64,000 nt of DNA from a virus (lineage: Duplodnaviria; Caudoviricetes): positions 17,938-81,937 of the IMG/VR virus record IMGVR_UViG_2866513116_000002; one strand, given 5' to 3'. Each line of letters starts with the position of its first letter. Position 1 is the first letter of the stretch. The notes under the pieces are model-generated. The model saw nothing but the letters and a program-made list of their open reading frames with translations. It searched no databases and was not told where the DNA came from. Shown piece by piece: positions 57,288 through 64,000 of this stretch. The translations under genes were made by a program, and so were the position numbers.

Positions 57288-57859
57288 GACGACTCCCGGC
57301 GTATCTCACGCAAAATGCCCTGCTCGAACCCGAACCGTTGGCACTCTAGATCGAACAGTTCCTGGTCGGCTGGAAACCGACGTGTCACCGCGTTGATGAT
57401 CACCTGGCCCAAAGTGTCGGCCTTCAGGAAGGCGTATTCTAAACTGCCTGAACTGAATCCGTCGCGCTCCAGCTCGGACAGATGCCAGAGTGCCAGCGCG
57501 TACTCATCAGGGAGCGAGAAGCTCAGGTCGTGTTCGACGTGGGCCACGTCGTGGACGTACCTCCACGCGAAGTTGGCGTCGGGACTGGTCAGGATCACCG
57601 AGGCCGAGTTCTCCGACGACACCCGCAGCGACGCACCCGACCGCTTCGAGCGAGCGAATGCCGCACACAGATCGGGGTAAGTCGATGGCGCGTCCGCACG
57701 GGGTACCCAGGCGAAGCCCTCGCGGCGGACAGTGTCCGTGGCGGTCTGCATCACCCAGCGCGTGAGATTGTCTCTCGCTCGTGCGATCTCTGCGGTGGAG
57801 ACGTAGTCGGATTGCGTGCCCACGAGCAGGTCGGTCAGATCTGGCGTGGTGTCGGTCAT
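57284..57859 (-). CDS. Hypothetical protein with HDxxH...E metal-binding motif
   Basis: NFAWRYVHDVAH...DE. Confidence 0.75.
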   Translation of the reverse strand: MTDTTPDLTDLLVGTQSDYVSTAEIARARDNLTRWVMQTATDTVRREGFAWVPRADAPSTYPDLCAAFARSKRSGASLRVSSENSASVILTSPDANFAWRYVHDVAHVEHDLSFSLPDEYALALWHLSELERDGFSSGSLEYAFLKADTLGQVIINAVTRRFPADQELFDLECQRFGFEQGILREIRRESS

Positions 57860-58113
57860 TGCACACCGCCCCGTCCGACGCAACGGGTGCACTGGCAGAC
57901 GATGCTGTGAGGTGCGGCGGCTTCCGCCATCTGCTGGATCGCTGTCGTCGTGAGTCGGTTGATCCGAGCCTCGGCCAGTCGGCGCTCGCGGTTGACGCGG
58001 GCGATCTCGGCGTGCCGGTCGGCTTCGTCGCAGAGGCTAGCAACGAAGCCGACCAGGAACAATACGGCCAGGAGTCCAGCGACCACGGCGAAGATGATCA
58101 GGAGCATAATCAT
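57856..58113 (-). CDS. Single-TM coiled-coil protein
   Basis: N-terminal TM; coupled. Confidence 0.7.
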   Translation of the reverse strand: MIMLLIIFAVVAGLLAVLFLVGFVASLCDEADRHAEIARVNRERRLAEARINRLTTTAIQQMAEAAAPHSIVCQCTRCVGRGGVQ

Positions 58114-58457
58114 CGGCGGTTCACCGCCCGACTGGTATCCGCGACGATCTGGCCGACGCCCATAACGGTCATCGTCTTGATGAAGTCCAGGTCGCCGGAC
58201 GCAGCTGGTGCCGCGAGGGCGAGCTGTTGCTGCATCTGTGCTACCAAGGCGACCTGCTGCATGGCGTAGGCACCGGTGCGGGCGACAGCATCGACCTTGA
58301 CCTGCTGAATCTCGCCAGCGGCGGCAATTCGGGCGGTCGTGATGTCAGTGCCGTGATCGATGGCGGCGAGGTCGCGGGCGGTCTGGCGGGCCAGCCGGCC
58401 ACCGGTGGTTGGTCGGCTTGGGAATGTGGACTGGGTGTATGGCTCGATTGATGGCAT
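58110..58457 (-). CDS. Hypothetical helical protein
   Basis: AAGGAG RBS. Confidence 0.75.
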   Translation of the reverse strand: MPSIEPYTQSTFPSRPTTGGRLARQTARDLAAIDHGTDITTARIAAAGEIQQVKVDAVARTGAYAMQQVALVAQMQQQLALAAPAASGDLDFIKTMTVMGVGQIVADTSRAVNRR

Positions 58458-58601
58458 TGGAATGCTCCTTCGCGAGTCGGGCTATCCGGCGTCTGCCGGA
58501 CACCACTTACGATTCAGCCGAACGGAGGACATACGCTAGGTCACAGACTGGGCATATACTGGGCTCTCACGAACTGCCGCCCGACCTGCGAAGGGAGCCT
58601 G

Positions 58602-59393
58602 GTGACCACGACGAAGCTTCCGGTGCAAAAGCAGCCGCCGCTGCTCGAAGACCTTGTCGAGCCACTCAAGGAGATCCTCAAGACGGGCTTGCCGGTCAGC
58701 TTCGACTTCGGCGACATGAATCTGCTGGCGCTTCGTGGAGTCGTCGCGCGATCTGTGATGCCACACGATCGGCTCAGCCGTATCAAGGCCCTCAACGAGC
58801 TGCTCGCCCGCCTGCTTGTTCATTACCCGGACGATTCGCTCGGTGAAGCAGCACGGATCGTGTTCGGTCTGGCACCGGGCGTTCGTGGTTTAACCCTCAC
58901 GCAGCGCAGAGAACGGGCAGCGTCAGAGATCGAGCGAGAGGCCGACCACTTTCGCAAACGCATCGAGCCCAAGATCGTACGTGAACTCGCTAGACAACTG
59001 CATAGCGACTCACAAAACTACGTCCCGCGCACGACGCCGACCCCGGAGCCGGTAGAAGTATCTGGCGATACGCCCTACATCGCGGTGGGAGACGTTGCCA
59101 GCCACGACAAGGCGCTGCGCGAAGAAGCGGTATCCCGGCTGTGGGCAAACGTATACGCACTGCGCGCCGAAATCCTGCGCGTCGAGCGGCTGAAGAACTG
59201 GCCGTACGACCCCACAGAACCGCAGCTCAGCCAAGACAAGCTCCACGAAGCGCTCAAGGCGCGTACGTCAGCACGGACCGACGCCCAGCGTGCAATCCAG
59301 GAGTTCGTCGCAGACCACGGATCGGCCATCACCTCAGGAGCCGCCGAGTTCAACGTCGAAGGACTTGAACGGCTGGTGAGATGGAACACATGA
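58602..59393 (+). CDS. Hypothetical protein, possible HTH regulator
   Basis: Divergent from 58457; AARIVFGL...LTLTQRRERAA resembles a sigma-region-4-type HTH. Confidence 0.7.
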   Translation: MTTTKLPVQKQPPLLEDLVEPLKEILKTGLPVSFDFGDMNLLALRGVVARSVMPHDRLSRIKALNELLARLLVHYPDDSLGEAARIVFGLAPGVRGLTLTQRRERAASEIEREADHFRKRIEPKIVRELARQLHSDSQNYVPRTTPTPEPVEVSGDTPYIAVGDVASHDKALREEAVSRLWANVYALRAEILRVERLKNWPYDPTEPQLSQDKLHEALKARTSARTDAQRAIQEFVADHGSAITSGAAEFNVEGLERLVRWNT

Positions 59394-59495
59394 GTCACGC
59401 CGCACCAGCTCTGCCACTGATGGGCCGCTAATGGCAGTGCGCAGAGGTGGGACTGAACGATGAATGACCATGGTTGTCGTTTCAAGGAAGTCCAG

Positions 59496-59612
59496 GTGTC
59501 TGTCAGCACAGACGCCCTCACAGCCTTGCCGACTACGAAGGTCACAGCCACGACACACAAAGCGATTACAATCTGCCTCCAGGCAGGACTTTTAACGAGC
59601 GAAGGCAACTGA
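59496..59612 (+). CDS. Candidate 38-aa Thr-rich peptide (50 aa if started at ATG 59460)
   Basis: AAGGAAG RBS then GTG; TGA overlaps the radical SAM ATG (TGATG). Confidence 0.35.
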   Translation: MSVSTDALTALPTTKVTATTHKAITICLQAGLLTSEGN

Positions 59613-60742
59613 TGACCCCTCTCTTGCAGCGGCACATCTCTAGTCGCGAGCACGCTGTCAATATCGAGCGTCCCGACTCGGGCGAGGCGGCTCGTTGGAT
59701 CGAGTTGTGGCGAGGAGACGCACTCGCATCGAGGCTGCGGATCTCGCTGACTGCGCAATGCAACTTCGGGTGCTTCTTCTGCCACAACGAGGGACAATCG
59801 ACCGGAAGCTCCGTGTTGCAGCGCAACCTCGGAATCGACGACTATATGCGGGTTGTCTTTGCCGCTGCCGATTCAGGCATCACTGATATTAAATTGACGG
59901 GTGGGGAACCCCTTCTCTATCGCGATGGGACGCGGGGGATTGTTGAGTTAGTCGATCAGTTGTCGAAAGTACGTGATTCGTATCCGATCAATATCTCGAT
60001 GACAACAAACGGCAGCCTACTTCGTCGGTATGCGCGCGACCTGAAGTCAGCGGGACTTGACCGCGTAACGCTTAGTATTCATTCGCTCAGCGAAGCGGGA
60101 TTCACTGCATTTATCGGGAAAACGGTTTCTAGCCGGTATCAGTCTCCTGAGGCGGCCCTCGCCATTCTGCGGGAGGTGAAGTTTACGCAGACTAAAATCA
60201 ACACAGTCGTGTTTGGTAGCGAATCTGCTGGTAGTCTATCGGAATTACGCGATATCGACCAACTTTCGAGGCAGTATAACGTTGTTGATCATCGCCTGTA
60301 CACCATAATTGATTCCGAACGCAATGGCGTGAGCGACGAGTGGGTCCGTTATTGGAACGACGGACGGCTCCCCATGGAAGTCAGTCGAGCCCTCAGTCTC
60401 AATACGCAGGACTCACAGATATTTTGCGATTCGGTTGAAGAGTATATCGGAACGCGGTCACCGGATTTGCTTCCTCGAAGCATTCTTAGGTTGAAGATCG
60501 GTGGTGCGTCATACAGCATCGAAGCTATGAAGCCGGGTCGCTTTGTCTCTCAAGGCCTTTCCGATGAGGGGCCATACGCACTGCGGCTAGCTGCAGATGG
60601 CACACTGCGCAGTTTTCTACCCCCGGTTGAGCGCGACCCAGCTCCGACCGAAAATCTGACATCCTCAACCGGTGTACTCGCGTCTGCTGAGGTGCTTCGT
60701 CGTTGCTTCGACACCGCCCGGGCAACGCTAGCAAAGAGCTAA
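59612..60742 (+). CDS. MoaA-like radical SAM enzyme lacking auxiliary-cluster cysteines
   Basis: LRISLTAQCNFGCFFCHNEG, KLTGGEPLL, MTTNGSLL, KINTV, LRLAADGTL. Confidence 0.88.
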   Translation: MTPLLQRHISSREHAVNIERPDSGEAARWIELWRGDALASRLRISLTAQCNFGCFFCHNEGQSTGSSVLQRNLGIDDYMRVVFAAADSGITDIKLTGGEPLLYRDGTRGIVELVDQLSKVRDSYPINISMTTNGSLLRRYARDLKSAGLDRVTLSIHSLSEAGFTAFIGKTVSSRYQSPEAALAILREVKFTQTKINTVVFGSESAGSLSELRDIDQLSRQYNVVDHRLYTIIDSERNGVSDEWVRYWNDGRLPMEVSRALSLNTQDSQIFCDSVEEYIGTRSPDLLPRSILRLKIGGASYSIEAMKPGRFVSQGLSDEGPYALRLAADGTLRSFLPPVERDPAPTENLTSSTGVLASAEVLRRCFDTARATLAKS

Positions 60743-60746
60743 CGGC

Positions 60747-62174
60747 GTGCCCACGGGTGTAGGCGAGTTTCGGTTAGGGAAGCTCGATGTCTGGTATATG
60801 CATGCAATCGATATATCTGCACTAACTTCGGAATGGGATACTCTCTGGGATACTCTAATTAAGGTAAGGTCCGCAGTAGATCTGAGAGACGCCGCATTTT
60901 CATTGATCGTGGATAGCAATGGTGTGGGTCGCTCATACTCCGAGGATATGCAGACATGGATGCAACAGGCCAGAGCGCGGCGCGGAAAAGCAATCTGGAA
61001 CGACGCCTTTCTCAAGGAAGAGGCGCCGTTCAAGATTGGTATTGACTCAAATCTATCCAGCGGGGACGTATCGCTACCAACCAATGAGCGCCTCTCGCGG
61101 GAGGCTACCGATGATCTGCATTACGCCCGGTTTGTATCGCACTCGATGAAGATCTACCCCGAGGGTGTCATAACGTACTCGATCTGCTACCGCCTCGTCC
61201 ACAAAGTTTCAACCTCGATCGACGCGGAAAATTCACAACCTCCCCTATCTACACCCCGCGCCATCGCTATTTTAGACGGACTAGAAGATGTATCCTGGTT
61301 ATCCTTCAAACAGCTCGTCCAAGACTGGCTCCGAGGGAATACCGTAGCTGAGGGACTTTGCAAGGCATTCTCGGTCGAATCAGAATTCGATTGTACCGAA
61401 CTGCAAATGAATGATTTCAAACGACGAAGTCGAACGCATAAGCTCTTGGTTCTTGAGGCGGTACTACGACCAGCAATCGATGGCGAGCATAGCGATTCCG
61501 GTTTCGACGGATGGTGCCGGGTTTCTCCTGAAGATGCGCTACTCGACCCGAGTGTAGCCGGGCTTCTAAACACGGCGACATGGTACAAGGAGTACCGGCC
61601 TAAGTACCTAATAGGGTTGGCTGAGAAGAACATTGGTTACCGCATCGATGAGATCTACCTGACAGACCGCAAAGCATCTTTGGTGTCCAATGCGGGGTTC
61701 TGGCACCAGGACAACCCTCTGCAAGAGTACAGAAAGGATATATGCATTGTCATCGAGTATTGGCTCGCCAAACTCGTTCAGGCACATGCGCTGTTACGAT
61801 TCCTGCAGGAGCATCGAACAATACGCGAAATTAGCAACGTTACCCCGTCGGAAGCTCTGGATCCCGTGGTTGTGTCAAAGCGGGCTGTTGCTCGACTCCG
61901 GGAATCGCTGGATCCATCTCGCTTAATCGACCATGGATTTACCACGGCGTTTATGATGCGGATGCGAACTGAAATGGAATTAGATACGCTGCTTCGGTTT
62001 ATTGACGAGCGCGTCGATGACGCCGCGACGAATATCGCCCTCCGGTCGGCGGTAACTGCGGAGGGTGTGGTCGCGCAGAAATCGCTGAAAATCGGATACT
62101 GGACGCTCGTATTTACGATCATCGTTCTCATCGTGACCTTGATCGGCGTGGCGGTAAATCCCTTCGTTACATGA
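60747..62174 (+). CDS. Large soluble domain plus C-terminal TM protein (CorA-like architecture)
   Basis: Long amphipathic helices leading into IGYWTLVFTIIVLIVTLIGVAV; start codon uncertain. Confidence 0.75.
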   Translation: MPTGVGEFRLGKLDVWYMHAIDISALTSEWDTLWDTLIKVRSAVDLRDAAFSLIVDSNGVGRSYSEDMQTWMQQARARRGKAIWNDAFLKEEAPFKIGIDSNLSSGDVSLPTNERLSREATDDLHYARFVSHSMKIYPEGVITYSICYRLVHKVSTSIDAENSQPPLSTPRAIAILDGLEDVSWLSFKQLVQDWLRGNTVAEGLCKAFSVESEFDCTELQMNDFKRRSRTHKLLVLEAVLRPAIDGEHSDSGFDGWCRVSPEDALLDPSVAGLLNTATWYKEYRPKYLIGLAEKNIGYRIDEIYLTDRKASLVSNAGFWHQDNPLQEYRKDICIVIEYWLAKLVQAHALLRFLQEHRTIREISNVTPSEALDPVVVSKRAVARLRESLDPSRLIDHGFTTAFMMRMRTEMELDTLLRFIDERVDDAATNIALRSAVTAEGVVAQKSLKIGYWTLVFTIIVLIVTLIGVAVNPFVT

Positions 62175-62200
62175 CATGCTATGGCGATAATTCTGCCAGT

Positions 62201-62226
62201 CACAATGTCAATTCGTTGACATTGTG
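62201..62226. terminator. 11-bp hairpin with TTCG loop (terminator or operator)
   Basis: CACAATGTCAA-TTCG-TTGACATTGTG, 27 nt after the stop; contains TTGACA. Confidence 0.55.
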
Positions 62227-62337
62227 GCCGGAATACTCTATATATAGGGCGAGAGTACTCTGAAATTCTGCGGTAGGTCTGCGTGAGCCGGAACCTGTCG
62301 CAGAAGCGATGGGAATCCTGCATCAAAGGAGACTCTC

Positions 62338-62505
62338 GTGAAGAGACCATTGTGGGTAGTTTTGTTGACCGCAGTTGCTATTTACTTTGCAGTAGGGGTG
62401 TCGACGACGTCCGTCCTCGATCTCGGTGCGAAGATGGCATTATCAGGTATAAGTATCTTGATAGTGCTGGTGGGAATGATTTCCATGTTCACCAGGCGCG
62501 ATTGA
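62338..62505 (+). CDS. Two-TM microprotein, 55 aa (absent from the ORF track)
   Basis: AAGGAG RBS, GTG start, MKRPLWVVLLTAVAIYFAVG...ISILIVLVGMISMFTRRD, followed by hairpin. Confidence 0.7.
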   Translation: MKRPLWVVLLTAVAIYFAVGVSTTSVLDLGAKMALSGISILIVLVGMISMFTRRD

Positions 62506-62512
62506 CGAAACT

Positions 62513-62549
62513 GGCCTTCTGAGCGCTACCGCTCAGAAGGCCTCTTTCT
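62513..62549 (+). terminator. Intrinsic terminator
   Basis: GGCCTTCTGAGCG-CTAC-CGCTCAGAAGGCC 13-bp stem then TCTTTCT. Confidence 0.7.
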
Positions 62550-62857
62550 AAGCTGAGGCTAACAATGTTCGCTGGAGCGCAGACCGAGGTTTAACTGCCG
62601 AACTGAACAGGGGAGGTCACTACGCGGCCTGGCCGTCATCGTGGGGTTTCATGGTAACGATTCGTTTCGCGCTCAACGGATGCCCGAGCCGGCACATCTG
62701 CGGGATACACGGCGTACCGGATCAGATGCTGAATTCAGAGCCGCGAGGTATGCGTCCCAACCGACATATCTCCGGCGTGTGAACGACTGTGGTTGTTGGA
62801 AGGCGATTCCTGCCCCAGTCTGTTGCTACGTGGTGAGGGCAATGTTCATGGATTCAG

Positions 62858-64000
62858 TCAGGCTGCCTCGTGCTGCGAATCGTCGCGAAGCACTTCTGTG
62901 TCGAGCGTCCAGGTGAACGTAAAACCGGCCTTCGGCATGAGCCACCCGATTGCTTCGACTGAGATCGTCCGTCCGGGAGTTCGGTCAGGACTGCGCGAGA
63001 GCTGTGTTGGCCGAGTGGTCGCAACTGATTCAATGACGCGCATGTCGACGATGTTGGTGTTCGTGTAGTCGAATGACACGGTCATGTTGCGTGCTGGCTG
63101 CGGCAACTCGAAGTAGAGACGATGTCCCCAAGTGGGCGTCACGGTACGGAACACTTGTCTGATGCGGATTGGCTCGTCGGTCTTTGCGCCTGCGTCGAGG
63201 TGGACTGAGTATGTCTGGCCGTCCTTGCGGACCGTGCGGCGGATGGGCTGTGGCCGGCCATCGACGGTGAGTTCGAGTAGTTCGTAGCTTTCGCGGCTGG
63301 ACGCGTCCATGCCTGGTCGAGGCTTCATGAACCAGGGTGACGTGGCCGGAATGTCAAGGAGCAGGTCGTTGTACTCGTCTCGGTCTGAAACACAGGCGAA
63401 GCGGCGGACGCTTCCCGATGGCACGGTGGTGTATTCCCACTCCACGGTAACGTCGAACAAAGCAGTACCCTCGGTGCTGCTCTCTAGTGCACTGGCGAGA
63501 CGGATACGAACTTCGACGTCGTGCCAGCGTTCGGCGGCGCGGATCGCCTGATCGCGGATCTCGCTGTAGATCTCGCGGGCGAACTGTTCGTCGCCTAAGC
63601 GCAGCGACATGACGTTGGCGGCGATGTCGTCGAGCAGCGCGGGGTTGGCTACGCGCTTGAGATCCTCGGGATGGATGGCGAAGCCTTCGACCACCGCGTC
63701 ACGCATGGCAGGCGCTTGCTCTTTGATGATCGTGCGGAACTGCTCGACGGTCGCCGCTTCCTGATCCTTGCGGAAGCTGTACTCGAACAGCGTGCCCAGC
63801 AGTCCAGCGCCAAACAATGTTCCGCCGAGCTCTCCGAGCGGCAGGGCGTGCAACCAGTTCCACGGACCGAGGTCGAGCGTTGCAAGCCAGCCGTTCAGGG
63901 TGATGAGGACGATTCCGGCGAGCGTCAGGATCACGGCGAGCAAGGCCGCTTTTGTCTTACGGAGTCGGAAAGCTAAGGAGGACTGTCGTTTTCGTGCCAT
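62858..64000 (-). CDS. Membrane protein with two N-terminal TM helices and a large soluble domain
   Basis: 380-aa ORF with high-GC codon usage; start at the window edge. Confidence 0.8.
   Translation of the reverse strand: MARKRQSSLAFRLRKTKAALLAVILTLAGIVLITLNGWLATLDLGPWNWLHALPLGELGGTLFGAGLLGTLFEYSFRKDQEAATVEQFRTIIKEQAPAMRDAVVEGFAIHPEDLKRVANPALLDDIAANVMSLRLGDEQFAREIYSEIRDQAIRAAERWHDVEVRIRLASALESSTEGTALFDVTVEWEYTTVPSGSVRRFACVSDRDEYNDLLLDIPATSPWFMKPRPGMDASSRESYELLELTVDGRPQPIRRTVRKDGQTYSVHLDAGAKTDEPIRIRQVFRTVTPTWGHRLYFELPQPARNMTVSFDYTNTNIVDMRVIESVATTRPTQLSRSPDRTPGRTISVEAIGWLMPKAGFTFTWTLDTEVLRDDSQHEAA

Larger units (their letters stand above)
48900..64000 (-). mobile_element. Serine-recombinase integrative (probably mobilisable) element at the tRNA-Ala 3' end; continues beyond the window
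   Basis: LSR, XRE, ArdA, MTase, Replic_Relax, coupling ATPase and cargo. Confidence 0.85.

Noticed and set aside
59612-60742. Housekeeping moaA or a prokaryotic viperin
   Set aside because: Lacks the C-terminal cluster cysteines, the terminal GG and moa neighbours; motifs are MoaA-like rather than viperin-like
62283-62522. 79-aa ORF from the track
   Set aside because: The overlapping frame 62338-62505 has the RBS and a coherent two-TM product

Overview
High-GC actinobacterial DNA, probably from a mycolic-acid-containing host such as Gordonia, Williamsia or Rhodococcus (inferred from a LysB-type esterase and the gene repertoire). Bases 1 to ~48,920 are the right ~49 kb of an apparently intact temperate siphovirus prophage; its integrase and repressor lie left of the window. 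It carries a dense early array of small genes with three DNA methyltransferases, a replication initiator with iterons, a TA pair, HK97-type cos packaging and head genes, a long tail module, a multi-gene lysis cassette and right-end morons. It ends at a duplicated 3' half of tRNA-Ala(CGC) (attR, 48881-48923). Directly abutting is a second integrative element (48.9-64 kb, continuing beyond the window): large serine recombinase, XRE regulator, ArdA, N4-C methyltransferase, replication-relaxation protein and a TraD/VirD4-like ATPase. It holds a visibly lower-GC cargo cassette: a small coupled peptide ORF, a MoaA-like radical SAM enzyme lacking the auxiliary-cluster cysteines, a CorA-like membrane protein and an unannotated 2-TM microprotein. 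Best leads: this cassette; repeated gene-junction 'linkers' flanking single genes in the early array; a dual-frame C5 methyltransferase; and three structured non-coding RNA candidates. All family assignments come from motif recognition by eye; no searches were run.
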